Shown: positions 25,351 to 37,959, counted from the stretch's first letter. The stretch: DNA of 64,000 nucleotides from Eledone cirrhosa (GCA_964016885.1 OZ024744.1:33294001-33358000), one strand, 5' to 3'. The notes: generated by a model not told the origin, from the letters alone. A program made the numbers and translations.

Positions 25351-26612
25351 ATACTGTTTATCGTCCCCTTCCGAGTCGAATTTATGAAGAACTGTCGTAA
25401 TAATTCCGAAAATAACAGCCATTTATTCCAGCTGTTTTAGTTTTGTCCGGAAATATCTGTCATACTGTTAATGGAGGGAGATGATAGCGACTGTGAAAGG
25501 AGGGGGGGGGGCATTGGGCAGGAACCAATTTTAATAAACTTGGTATCAATTTCTTTGTTTTATTATCACAGACTCTTTCAAAAGTGAAAAATATATACAA
25601 GTAACACTCATAATGGTTCTTAGACCCATATAATCATCATCATCATTATCCTCATCACGACCATCATAATAATTACTGACATCCTTATCTTGATCATCAT
25701 AATTGTCCCCTATCATCGCCCTCTTCCATATCATCATTACCTCAGCTCCACCTTCATCATTATCATCTTCTATTATCGTCGCCGTCGTCGTCACCACCAC
25801 CATCATCATCATCATCAACATAGTACCCGTACCCTCTAGACGCTCGACAGGCATTCTTGAGTGTTTAAGAAGTTTAGTTCCCAATCATGATGTTCCGCGT
25901 TCAATCCTACAGTGCGACATCTTATTTAATATAATCTCCAGTTGAACCCCTCTCTCTCTGAGTAAACAGATAACCAAAAATAAATAAATAAATATAAAAT
26001 ATTATAGTAACACAACAGGAGGAAACATGGAACTATGATAATAACTGAAGATGTCACAGATGTGTGTGACGAAAGAAAATTGAAAAACTATATTTATATT
26101 TATATTTTGGAAATGTTGGTCAATCAATGATAAATGCTGACTGCCAGCTAAATTTGTGTATTTTGTCTGTAGAATATTCAGCCATTTCAAAATTGAGTTC
26201 ATATAGCAACTTAATTATTATCATCGACACAGTCACCGACAGTCATAAATATATGACGGATGTATTTTAATATGCATCCCTTCATTTGTTATGTGTCAAT
26301 TACTTTAAATTACATTAAGCTATAGTTATAGATTTGACGAAAGTCTATATATTTTGTATATACACATACAACATACACATCTATATATCTATCTAACAAT
26401 ATTTTACAAGTTTTTATTGTATGTAAACTTCCCCCTTTGTATGTGTCCCTTTCTTTTGTGCCCCCGTGGCTAATAAAGAAACATATCTCTATATATATAT
26501 ATATGTGTGTGTGTGTGTATGTGTGTGTGTGTGTGTGTTTTATGAATGAGTGTGTATGTATGAGTGTGTATGTATCTATGGATGGATTGAAGGATATATA
26601 TATGTATATATA

Positions 26613-26760
26613 TAGGAAAAAGTATGACCCCGACGGCAGAGCTCAAGCCGTTTCGACGGCTATTTCTGGACTTTTTAGTCTATATCCCACTCTACTACCC
26701 TAAGTATTGAGTACTCTGGTGCGTTATGGTCCATCTGGTTTCTTACCACAATTCCTTTGT
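26613..26760. mobile_element. Short rearranged PLE pLTR-like fragment with half of a hammerhead
   Basis: Same family as 42755-43010. The minus strand has GAAAcggc..gccgTCggggtc (stem III plus GUC site) but no CUGANGA box. Confidence 0.55.
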
Positions 26761-26827
26761 TATGTATATATATATATATGTATATATATGTATGTATGTA
26801 TTCATGTATGTAAACATGTATGTCTGA

Positions 26828-26860
<33 letters not shown>

Positions 26861-26955
26861 TGTATGTATGTATGTATGCATGTTTGTATGTGTGTATGTA
26901 TGTGTGTATGTATATGTATATATGTATGTATGGTACTTTCGTGTTACTACATCAG

Positions 26956-27102
26956 AGTTACTGATACAGGAGAATGTCAGAAACACAGTACAGTCACAAT
27001 CCTATATACGTCTCAGTATGAGTACACGAGTGTGATACCGGAAGTCTTCCAATCTTATATTGGCGGTTGTCTTTCAGCAATTTCGTTACGAAATATTTCT
27101 AC
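26956..27102 (+). other. Candidate host-gene coding exon (147 nt, phase 2-2)
   Basis: Non-repetitive island between catcAG and GTaagt; open frame VTDTGECQKHSTVTILYTSQYEYTSVIPEVFQSYIGGCLSAISLRNIS. No recognised homology. Confidence 0.25.
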
Positions 27103-27478
27103 GTAAGTCAAACTCACTTCCACAAAAAAAAACCGTCAAAGCAAGAAAAAAAAAACGAACAAAAAAAAAACATAAAAACAAAGAAAAATTTTAATAATAG
27201 AATAGTAAAAAATATAATAAAGCAAAAGGAAAATTATGTGAAAAAAAATGTTTAATAAAATACAGAAGTGAAGGAGTGAGAAAAAAAAACGATTTTGAAT
27301 TCTACAGCTTCCGGCATTTTGAGAGAAAGAAAACGAGGCTAATTTTGTGAGGGAAAGAAGAAAGGATGGGAATATGAGAAGAAGAGAGAGTGAGAACAAA
27401 GAAAGAAAGAGAGAGAACGGTAGTGGAGGAAAAGGAGACACAATGTGACAGGAGAGGAGGAGGAGGAGAAAGGGGTGA

Positions 27479-27578
27479 AGAAGAAGAAGAAGAAGAAGAA
27501 GAAGAAGAAGAAGAAGAAGAAGAAGAAGAAGAAGAAGAAGAAGAAGAAGAAGAAGAAGAAGAAGAAGAAGAAGAAGAA
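27479..27578. repeat. (GAA)n microsatellite
   Basis: Directly visible. Confidence 0.97.
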
Positions 27579-27996
27579 TCACATGTGGTACTTTACTGGA
27601 AAACATAACCTTAATTTTTCATGTATAAATACACACACACTCACACACATACTCACACACACATATATGTGTGTGTATGTGTATATACATATATATATGT
27701 GTATATAAGTGCGTGTACGTATATATATATATATATATATACATTCATACATACATACATATATATATACACACATATATATATGTATATGTGTGCGTGT
27801 GTGTGTGTGTGCGTGTTTTGGTGTATGTATATACGTGCGTATATCTCATTACAACAAGAATCCTATAAATTGAATCCCTAGTGATACTTTATTTCAAATC
27901 ACTTCATTGTCAAACACGGGAAACAATAATATTTGATTTCAAACACATACATACTTACGTACATACACATCCAGACACACGTATATACATATCTCT

Positions 27997-28432
27997 CTAG
28001 GGCGGGTAAAATTCCCGAGATCCATGGACGAGTTCTCTCCAGCGGTCTCTGTCCCTCATTATCGCTACCATGTCCTGCGTCTCCAACAGACCAGTGTCTG
28101 TCCTTAGGGCATCAACATACGTTAACCTTGGTCTTCCTCTTCCAGTATGTCCATGTAGGGGCTCCCACAGGAGCACTGAGTGGTGTAATGTCAACTCTGG
28201 ATGTCGGTGAGCATGTCCAGCTAACCTCAGTCTCCTCTGTGTCGCTTTTGAGCTGACTTTTGGGATGCTCCCATACAGCTCTGAGTTTTTCATCCTCAGT
28301 GTATATTCTTCATTGCTGTAGTGGAGTCTGTGCTGTTGTACGGGTCTGAGACTTGGATACTGACCAAGAAACTCACTCAGATGGCGGATGGGTGCTACAC
28401 GAGAATGCTGAAGATGGCTCTGAACGTTAGTC
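27997..28432 (-). mobile_element. 5'-truncated RTE LINE with inverted 5' part
   Basis: Minus 27997-~28315 encodes ELYGSIPKVS..RRLRLAGH..RGRPR..RDRWR. Plus ~28318-28432 encodes the normally upstream ESVLLYGSETW..YTRMLKMALNVS. Confidence 0.85.
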
Positions 28433-29144
28433 AGTATATATATATATATATACATAGAAACAACAGAAAAAAGCCCCATATTCACACACGCACACACACG
28501 CACACCACAAGCACACACATGCACAGGGAAAAAAACAAAAGCAGACACACTTCAACAATATAAGACTCTGAGATACCTACATATTCATACACACAGAAAG
28601 AAACTGAAGCAATAATGCACACCTAGCAATTTCATCACTTCAGCACACACACACACACACAACCACAACCACACCAATGACACACCTGGATCCTCCTCTG
28701 CAGCCCTCACTACCGAATGCCGGACCTCTCGCCTACCACCCCAACCTATCAATCTCCCCCTAACACGCTTTTCCTCTTCCTTTCCTAACTTTCACGCCCT
28801 ACTTTCATGTACATGCCTGTTCTCTCCTTGTCCGAATATTTTAGGTAAAGGACTTCTGTCCAAAACGTAGAACACCCTCCACCTCCTCTATGTGTGTACC
28901 TAATATCGAAAGTCCGGTGTTGTTTTCAATGAATACTTAACTCCGTTCCTCCACTAGTCTCAGCTTGCCACAACTACAATGGATGGTTTGCATCATGTTG
29001 AATGCTTTAATTTATTGAATCGTCGTTTACCAACCGGAACCACCAGTTTTACCTATTGGTAAATAGCCTTACATAAATGGTATCCCTTCCATATACAGTA
29101 CCAATTGTGTTGTTATTTCTGTTTACCTGTGACACACACATACA

Positions 29145-29182
<38 letters not shown>

Positions 29183-29234
29183 TATATATATATACGATAT
29201 TAATAAATGGAAACTATATTTATAAAACCATATT

Positions 29235-29299
29235 TATTTCATTATATATATTTCAAGGATACCAAGTTAAATTATGGTATGCCTTCATCAGACAAAATA
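29235..29299 (-). ncRNA. Type I hammerhead motif
   Basis: tattttgt CTGATGA agg-c-atacca..tggtat-cct-t GAAA tatata TA atgaaata. Same family as 721-785. Confidence 0.8.
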
Positions 29300-29484
29300 C
29301 AATATATAACAGATTAAAGTTTAAGCAAAGGATCGCTGCTTTCACCCTTAACAGCATCTTCTGAAACTTTAATCTGTTATTTTAATAACTATTTGCTCTA
29401 CGGTTCTTATATGTCCTTATCGAGCCCTCTTTGGATTTTAGTCTTCAAATTTATTATTATTACTATATATACATATATATATAT

Positions 29485-30957
29485 TTATTAAAATAACAGA
29501 TTAAAGTTTAAGCAAAGAATCGCTGCTTTCACCCTTAACGGGATCTTCTGAAACTAACAAAGTCAATCTGTAAACGCATAAGTGAATATTTCAAAAAACG
29601 TTGCAACCGGAGGAAGACAGGAAGACGATACTTTGGTTCGTGGAAACGTTCCCTGGCAAAGAACGGGAAAAAACGAATATAATACGTCATTAATAGGAGC
29701 GGTGAAAAACAATTACACGCAAAGACAGAACCACGTTTATGGTATAAAAGAGGTCGTAGACTAATATTCTCTTAGGTGGTTTATAGAGACGTTCTCTGGC
29801 AATGAACGGAAAAAACGAAGATAATACGTCATATGTGGAGTGTGGAGAATAATTGCACGCAAAGACAAAACCATGTAAATGGTATAGCTGAAGTCGTAGA
29901 TTACAATTCTAACTAGGAAACCGAATGATTCTCCGCTTCAGAGTTAAGTATAAAGTAAATAAAATACAGAGGTAATTGAAATTGAATAAATACATACAGG
30001 CATCCAAATACGTACATACACAAGCAAACGCGAAAACATTCGCCATAGCTATACAAATACACGCACATATAACTATGTGTGTGTGTGCGTGTATACACAT
30101 AATTAAATAAACGTATATAAATAAATAAATACGTATATAACAAGCGCACACACATACCTACATGTAAATACACAAATGTTCGGAGACGCACGTCAACCAA
30201 AACACGAAGTACACATATACACAGACCCTACATACGTACGCACCCGCATACTCACACAGACGCAAAACTCACGTATACACATAACCAAAAGCATTTGTAC
30301 CAGAAAATATAAAATATACGCCATAACATGTACAATCAAATATACGTACGAGAAAGTATACGTACCTTCACAAAACATACAGGTAATATATACTTACCCA
30401 TGCAAATAAGTAATGGTATAAACATAACATATACTTAGCTACCACATCAAGACGTAAATATCCGCGTATAGATCGTACTATCCGTTAGGGTATAATGTGG
30501 GGCTGTAATACAAGAAAGTTTTGTGCAATTTATGTTTACAAGCCGAAATTGCCTCAGATTTTTTGTTTAAGATGTGGTCTGTGGCGTAGAGTATTTCCTG
30601 GGCCTAGCTAGGATCTCCCAGTGTAACTTATATTGGGTGTGGTTGTCTTTTAGACACCAGATATAAGCTGAAAGTGACGTCATATTCATTCTTAGAGGGT
30701 AACGAAAAGAATGGGTATGCATGTAAAGACGCTGCTTGAATCTATTGGCGGTTAACCCTATGTAGGCCCTACGGGACGTGGGTGTTTCAACCTTACATTT
30801 GTAGACAATGTTACTAGAGAGGCATTTCCTGGATAGGGGGCAGTCAACCCGATTCCTACAATTATAGTTAGTACTAACTACAGGGTTGCACGTGTTCCTA
30901 CGGCTAGATAGTTTAGCTAAATTTGAAGCTGTGATGTTATGTGCAAGGTTAGGAGTC
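29485..30957 (-). mobile_element. 5'-truncated PLE (GIY-YIG + 3' UTR/pLTR)
   Basis: Minus ~30870-30570 translates NCRNRVDCPLSRKCLSSNIVYKCKVETPTSRRAYIGLTANRFKQRLYMHTHSF..IWCLKD..YKLHWEIL. This frame is missing from the ORF track. Confidence 0.9.
29496..29571 (-). ncRNA. Hammerhead motif with CAGAAGA (U4A) core
   Basis: Reverse complement of 31525-31600. A further mutated partial copy lies at 29309-29368. Confidence 0.7.
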
Positions 30958-31688
30958 GTATTTATTTATATACGTTTATTTAATTATTTGTATACACGCA
31001 CACACACACACACACACATATATTTATATGTGCGTGTATTTGTATACCTATGGCGAGTGTTTTCGCGTATGCTTGTGTATGTACGTATTTGGATGCCTGT
31101 ATGTATTTATCCAATTTCAATTACCTCTGTATTTTATTTACTTTATTCTTAACTCTGAAGCGGAGAATCATTCGGTTTCCTAGTTAGAATTTTAGTCTAC
31201 GACTTCAGCTATGCCGTTTACGTGGTTTTGTCTTTGCGTGCAATTGTTCTCCACGCTCCACATATGACGTATTATCTTCGTTTTTTCCGTTCATTGCCAG
31301 AGAACGTCTCTATGAACCACCTAAGAGAATATTAGTCTACGACTTCTTTTATACCATAAACGTGGTTCTGTCTTTGCGTGTAATTGTTTTTCACCGCTCC
31401 AAATAATGACGTATTATATTCGTTTTTCCCGGTTCTTTGCCAGGGAACGTTTCCACGAACCAAAGTATCGTCTTCCTGTCTTCCTCCGGTTGCAACGTTT
31501 TTTGAAATATTCACTTATGCGTTTACAGATTGACTTTGTCAGTTTCAGAAGATCCCGTTAAGGGTGAAAGCAGCGATTCTTTGCTTAAACTTTAATCTGT
31601 TATTTTAATAAATATTTGGTCTACGGTTCTTATATATTTGAAATATATTTATCCTCCTTTGGATTTTAGTCTTCAAATTTATTATTAT

Positions 31689-31692
<4 letters not shown>
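30958..31692 (+). repeat. Inverted pLTR copy of 29485-30125
   Basis: Long reverse-complement match; the near-identical spurious ORFs 29582-29764(+) and 31332-31514(-) confirm it. Confidence 0.93.
31525..31600 (+). ncRNA. Hammerhead motif with CAGAAGA (U4A) core and bulged stem I
   Basis: acagattga(ctttgtc)agttt CAGAAGA t ccc gttaa ggg t GAAA gcag..ttgc TT aaact ttaatctgt. Confidence 0.75.
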
Positions 31693-31739
<47 letters not shown>

Positions 31740-31740
<1 letters not shown>

Positions 31741-33026
31741 TAGCATTAAAGCCCGGCGTTGCTCGGGGTCATTAAGTTACCAAAGTTAGGTTGCACCACC
31801 CATTTTATGGCAGCACTTTTTTGTCTGCCAGGCACTGGGCGAATGAATTGCAGACCTGGAAGCAGGAGCTGCGCCATCAGTGACAATTGAAGTTTCGCCT
31901 ATGGATATTATCTCTGTGCAAAAAAGTGTTGAAATTTATTGTTTCACAGTACTTGCGCAACACGCGCGTAGACGATGCCAGCCGAACAACAGAGCTGCGA
32001 TGGAGTTGTTCTGCATGCTTGTCTGTGTGTTTTCTAAATTTAAGACAGTAGGGAGGGTTGTGATATGAGGGACAGTTAGCTGTTGTTTCTAGCAGGTTTA
32101 GTGACCTCATAGAGGATATGTGTTTTCTAAATTTAAGACAGTAGGGAGTGGTGTCATATGGAGGAGAGTTAGCTGCTGTTTCTAGCAGGTTTAGTGACCT
32201 CATAGAAGATATGTTTTCTAAATTTAAGACAGTAGGGATGGGTGTGATATGGGGGAGAGTTAGCTGCTGTTTCTAGCAGGTTTAGTAACCTCACAGAGGA
32301 TATGTGTTTTCTAAATTTAAGACAGTAGGGAGTGGTGTGATATGGGGGAGAGTTAGCTGCTGTTTCTAGCAGGTTTAGTGACCTCATAGAAGATATGTTT
32401 TCTAAATTTAAGACAGTAGGGAGGGGTGTGGTATGGGGGAGAGTTAGCTACTGTTTCTAGCAGGTTTAGTGACCTCATAGAGGATATTATTGTTTATCAT
32501 TATCTATAAAAGGCAGATTGTTGTTGTTGTTGTTGAAGTGAGTGTGTGTTTGTATGCGTTTGGAAAAGAGGTTTTACAAAAGATTTATCGCTTGTTGTTG
32601 AATAAATGTATCTGTTGCTTTTGAATAATTGTCGTTTCGTATGAAATGTAATAATTTGAAGTATAAAAGAGAAAGTAGCAAAATGTGTGGGTTGTAGATA
32701 GAGGTAAAGCAGATGATATGAGAGAGTAAAACGGACAGTATCACCATCAAGCTTGGAAAGAGAAAGTAGCAGAAAGTATGAAGTTGTATATATTTTGAAT
32801 GGTAGTGGAAAGAGTTTAGCAGTTTAAATGACAGAGAAAAATCGTAAAATATTGAGTTTTATCTATTTTTTGCGTAATTGTGGGTGAAATTGAAAAAATG
32901 AGATGTGCCAAGACGCAATCAAAACTATTTCGAATACTGAATTGTAAATTTCAATTGAAGAAATTCTATATCGTAGATTTCTATAAGAAAGGAGCATGAC
33001 CACACACTGAGCTTTATAGATTATGA
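31740..33026 (-). mobile_element. Non-autonomous Helitron
   Basis: Minus-strand 3' end cccgagcaacgccggg (hairpin)-ctttaatg-CTAG|T; minus-strand 5' end TC-ataatctataaagctcagtgtgtg; inserted at (TA)n. Confidence 0.75.
32026..32485. repeat. Minisatellite, ~92-bp unit x5, inside the Helitron
   Basis: Unit tgttttctaaatttaagacagtaggga...ctagcaggtttagtgacctcatagaggata. Confidence 0.95.
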
Positions 33027-33119
33027 TATATAAATCGACATTCGATCGACTTTCCTCAAAAGTTTAAATTTTCGAGGCTTGGGCGGCCCCAAGCCTTGAA
33101 CATTTAAACTTCCTACTCT

Positions 33120-33912
33120 TACTATAGAAAGGAAGGGGAGCTGATAGCTAAATTAGACGAGGCCATTTGTAGTGGCATTACAACTGACGTGCTAGCGGCG
33201 AGAATGGCATTAGACCAATTCTTTAATGCGAAACACGAAAGTTGCATTGTCAGGCTAAGGCGCGTGCTCTGAGAAACGAGGGAACTAAAGTTGTTCGATG
33301 GGCCTGCGTGGCAGAGGTGGATGTGCGAGGCCTTTCACCAGCACCTTGCTCGGTTGTTCGGGGAGAGTGGTGGGTCAGGGACAGTAGCGGATTTCAGTCC
33401 CTACCACGACGGTGGCCGCACCTCTCGAGAGCCGACGCTGAGCGCTACGAAAGGCCGATTATTTCCGCCGAAATTCAGGATGCTTTTGTCGGCTGCACGA
33501 GGCGCAAGTCATCCGGTTTGGATGGTCTGCCCTACGAGCTTTACATAAATATGTCCGACTTGAAGCGCTCTACTGCAACTGGTAGCAGAACGGGAGTATT
33601 CCCAGTTCTGTGAGCTGGGGCGTAGTGACGCTGATGAGGAAAGACGAGAGCAAGAGGGACACACTAGATAACTTCAGGTCCAAAACTCAACTCAACACAG
33701 AGTTTAAGATTGTGGCCATGGTATTAGCGAAGAGGTTGGCGCTTGTCGTTGAAGATTTTGTTGAGGAGGCGCAAACTTGTGCAATCCCGGCGAGGTCCAT
33801 ACACGACAACCTCCACCTCATGCGATACATCATAGAGAGGGTAGGGTGTAAACCTGGCTTCGGTTGGGCTTTGATCAATTTAGATCAATCGAAAGCATTC
33901 GATAGGGTCACC
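33120..33912 (+). mobile_element. L1/Tx1 ORF2 internal fragment (copy D)
   Basis: ALDQFFNAKHE, GLDGLPYELY, LNTEFKIVA, LDQSKAFDRV. Confidence 0.88.
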
Positions 33913-34225
33913 ATTCCACACAAAGTTTCGCTTTCAAGAGCTTCTATCTTCCAGCCACCATCAAACCAGTTTCTTTTCAATGAGCCCTTTAAACAATCTT
34001 TGAATCGGAGCTTTGGTTTGTGAGGTGGTCTCTTTCCTTTACAAAGCTCACATACAATAGTTTCTGGATTTGATCATCCTCCATTCTGCAGAGGTGTCCG
34101 GTCCACCGCAACCGTCGTTGGTGGAAGGTACTCTCAATGCTCCGACACTCATATCTCTCGGACCTCAACATCACTCACAGGCATCTGCCACTTGATCCTG
34201 ATCATCTTCCTGAGACAAAACCTGT
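33913..34225 (-). mobile_element. RTE LINE fragment (RT thumb)
   Basis: SIESTFHQRRLRWTGHLCRMEDDQIQKLL. Confidence 0.75.
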
Positions 34226-34229
34226 GTCA

Positions 34230-34545
34230 TTGTCGTATCGTCGGTGACTAAACCGGCAATCCCACCAAGCATGCTTGGTGAGGAGGGTGATATTTGGACA
34301 CAACGCGGGATGAAATCCAAGACCCGTCAAAAAGGGCGGAGGAACTCAGCAGAGTCAACGGCCATCCATATGTACATTTTATTATTATTACTATTTTTTT
34401 ATTTTTATTTTATTATTTATATTTTTTTTTTTCCTCTTCTCACATGGGAGTGAAAGGCCCCTAGTTGTTGTCACAACATCTTTCTAGGAGAGGGAAACTC
34501 TGAAAAACAAACCTGCGACTTAAGAAGCATCCGATGATGTTGACA
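34230..34545 (+). mobile_element. Non-autonomous RTE-related element, variant copy
   Basis: Shares gactaaaccggca..cttggtgaggagggtga..aaagggcgga..ggccatcca with 49357-49965. Confidence 0.65.
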
Positions 34546-34554
34546 TACATACAA

Positions 34555-35272
34555 TATGATGATGGCTGCCGCCTCGTTATCGAATATGCACGTGTTAACA
34601 TTATTAATAATTATTAATCAATTCTATCGTGCAATGCCTGTGCGTGAAGATTTTTTAAAGTGTGGAAAGACTGTGCACTGAGCCAATTCCACTCTCTGAG
34701 CGACAGTAGCTATAACTCGAAAAGAAGAAAAGATCAACATCATCAGTAACTACATGATGATGGCTGCAACCTCGTTATGGCCATTGCATTATTAATAATT
34801 ATCAATTAATGCTTTAGTGCAATGCCAGTATCTAAATATTTTTTAAAGTGAGGAAAGACTGTGCACTGAGCCAATCCCACTCTCTGAGCGACAGTAGCTA
34901 TAACCCGAAAAGAAGAAAAGATCAACATCATCGGTAACTACTGAGCTGCAGGTTTTATGTCGGAGTTATCCCAGATTCCTGAGTTGCCTTCACCTAGAAG
35001 AATGCCCCGACAAAGGCTAGGGGTCCTTCACTCCCAGTGGTTTAACCGCGCGGTACATGTGTATACACACATTTACACACTTTCGGATGGCCGTTCACTC
35101 TTATGATTTCTTCCGCCCTTTGTCAGGTTTTGTTTTTTGTCCTGCAGGGTGTCCAAAATCACCCCGTCACCAAGTAAATTTGGTGGGGTTGCCGGTTTAA
35201 TCGCCGACGACCCGACCATGCGACAGGTTGTACTGGGTTACATGTTACCAGTAGCACTCAAGAGTGATCTGA
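34555..35272 (-). mobile_element. Non-autonomous RTE-tailed element with duplicated 3' part
   Basis: Reverse complement of 49357-49965. The 3' ~195 bp occurs twice (34555-34752, 34755-34945). Confidence 0.85.
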
Positions 35273-35275
35273 CAT

Positions 35276-36590
35276 ACATGGTGGCTGCCAACTCGTTTTC
35301 GAGTACGGCCACTACTTTATATCCATGTAGAAGAAACCCTACCGATGCGGTGAACGATTGTGGCTTTTAGTCCAGCCTTGAAAACTCTGGTACAAACACT
35401 ACACTTGTGACAATTATTGACACCTAGTGCTGGGCCATGGCACCATGTGAACCGAGGTATCGTATGAGATCACTACTCGACCTGCATACCCTTCCACAAA
35501 CATCACATGTCGTCGTCTGATGAACACTTATAGCCCCACAGGTGCCAGCTTCCCTGTTCTTGTACACTCTGAGGTGACTCTTTAGACCTGCCATGCTCAG
35601 ACAAACCCTATTACAGGTCTCACATGTCAGGTCAGGCCGTCTGTCAGTGCCTTCGGGAAGACCAACATGGATTCGTTTCCGGACATATCCTTTTAGTGTC
35701 GCGTGCCTTCTTCTTGTTTCCTCAAATAGACTCTTGCCACCAGCCACTGCTTTCCTCCAATGCGATCGGCCGCTAGCGCATGCTTCCCAATGCTCACAAG
35801 GGATGTTACTTTTCTTGAGCGCCCCCTTGATGCAGTCCTTAAAACGCATCTTGAGTTTGCTCGCGTTCCTTTTTCCCATTTGGAGCTCGCCATAAAGCAG
35901 CTGCTTCGGCATTCGCTTGTCATTCATCCTTACAAGATGGCCTGTCCAGCGCAGCTGATGTTTCAACATCAAGGACTCGACACTATCACAGCCACTTCTG
36001 TCCAGAACCTCGACGTCACTGACAAACATTTGCCAAGTTATGCCAAGGATCCGACGTAAGCAGTACTGGTGGAACCTCTCAAATCGCTTCATCTGTCTAC
36101 GGTAGACAACCCACGTCTCACAAGCATAAAGAAGTGCCGTGAGCACACACGCATCATACACTTTAAGCTTTGTCTTTACCGAAATTCCGTGTTGAGACCA
36201 GAGACGCTTGTTCAGTTTTCCAAAAGCATCACTGGCTTTCTGTATCCTGTTTGATATTTCCCCATCAAGATCGCAGGACATACTCAGAGTGCTTCCAAGA
36301 TATACAAAACTGCCAACGACCCTTAGCCGTTCACCATAAACCAAGATGTTGGGCTCACAAAATGGCTTCCCAGGGGCTGTTTTTTTCAGGCTTGTGGTAA
36401 GTCCCAATGCAGTACACGCATTAGAAAATGCATCCATGAGATACTGCATATCAATCTCAGTGTGCGCTACCAGGTCACAGTCATCTGTATAAAGCAAATC
36501 CCTGATTAGTGACAAGTGAACCTTTGACTTAGCATTGAACCTCCTGATATTAAACAGCTTTCCAGTTGATCGATAGCGAACATATATACC
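35276..36590 (-). mobile_element. 5'-truncated RTE LINE (RT C-terminal half + C2H2-like fingers + 3' UTR)
   Basis: LLYTDD, FVYLGS, LLYACETW, QLRWTGHLVRM..RMPKQLLYGEL, CETCNRVC..GLKSH. (TACA)n flanks. Confidence 0.92.
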
Positions 36591-36654
36591 ATGATACATA
36601 CATACATACATACTAACATACATACATATATACATACATATATACATGCATGTC

Positions 36655-37810
36655 GCATCATATACCTCCTACAACATTTACGAACCTCCAAACGAAGGAG
36701 CTCATCTACTGAGCAAGTCTGTCTGCATGAGACAGATAAGATCATGACAATTGTGAATAATCACCTTGAAAGATAGTTCCTGCATGATAATCAAAAGCTC
36801 ATACCCAGGGGAAATTGCCCAGCAGTGCCGCAGTGAATCCATGGTTGAAAAACTGAATGCTTATCAGCAAAAGTCATGCATACATATGTTGCCAGGAAGC
36901 TTCAGAGTGAGAGTAATATAGATAAAGAAAGTAGTCTATTTTGGACCAACAACCGCTATATTGACTCCCACTTTGAAGGATACGCTTTTGTATTCCAAAA
37001 ACAAGAAATCAACACAAAATACCTGATTCATAAAAGAGATAGGGATGCAGGCAAAACACCTAGATGTGATAACAAAAGCAGACTCTGTAGAATTAACATC
37101 GAAGATGTCACCCATGTCATAAGCAGCTGTCCAAAGATGTCATCACAGTACTAATTACCTGTGAGGCATGATGTAGTGGCCAAAACACTGTACATTTCAA
37201 TCCGTACAAAAGATAGCTCCGATAATAAACACATTAAAAGCTACAGCAATGTGGAAGACATCTATGTACATAATATGAAAGAGTACTGGTGGAAAGTTCC
37301 CATAAAAACCCTAATAAAATGCAGGCATAACAGACCAGATATAATGATATGGGACAGGGAGAAGAAAGCATGCACAGTAGTGGAAATTAGCTGCCCAGCA
37401 GATGCCAATATAATATCAAAGATTAGTGAAAAGGAGAATATTTATGCAGAACTGATGAGAAATCTGCAGATACTCCACCCTGATTACACCTTCAGATTTA
37501 TGCCTGCGATTATTGGGGCACTGGGGTATGTTAGTAACTGCCTCAATACAAATATTGAGAAGCTAGGCTTCACAGGAACAGAAAGAACACAACTAGTTAG
37601 GAAATTACAAGTACAATCCATTAATGGAACAGTAAAAATATGTAAAACATTCCAAAACTTTTGCATCTAATAAATGCATATACATGCAGATATGCACAGA
37701 TACCTACCTAGTTGATGTTTAAATTCCAATGAGAGAGTCTTGTATCTATGTTAGGAACCGACTCTCTCGCTATTGGTAAACATTTATATAATTATAAAAC
37801 CAGAAGAACA
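36655..37810 (+). mobile_element. 5'-truncated RLE-type LINE (R4-like), CCHC + restriction-like endonuclease
   Basis: RLC..EDVTHVISSC, RHDVVAK, HNRPDIMIWD..VVEISCP..K..EK..Y, IIGALG. Lies between (TACA)n tracts. Confidence 0.88.
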
Positions 37811-37959
37811 TACATGTATGCATGCATGTATGCATGCATACATGCATACATTCATACAAACATACATACATACATACACACATACACACATACATACATA
37901 CATACATACATACATACATACATACATACATACATACATACATACATACATACATACAT

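Noticed and set aside
26410-26482. Tx1-like tail cccccgtggctaataaagaaa as the displaced end of Tx1-B
   Set aside because: The upstream bases differ from the A and C tails and no TSD links it; more likely an independent short stub.
29582-29764. 60-aa ORF present twice (also 31332-31514)
   Set aside because: The duplication is simply the inverted pLTR; there is no sign of coding constraint.
32026-32485. Regular repeat array resembling CRISPR
   Set aside because: The whole unit repeats with no unique spacers, there are no cas genes, and the context is eukaryotic.
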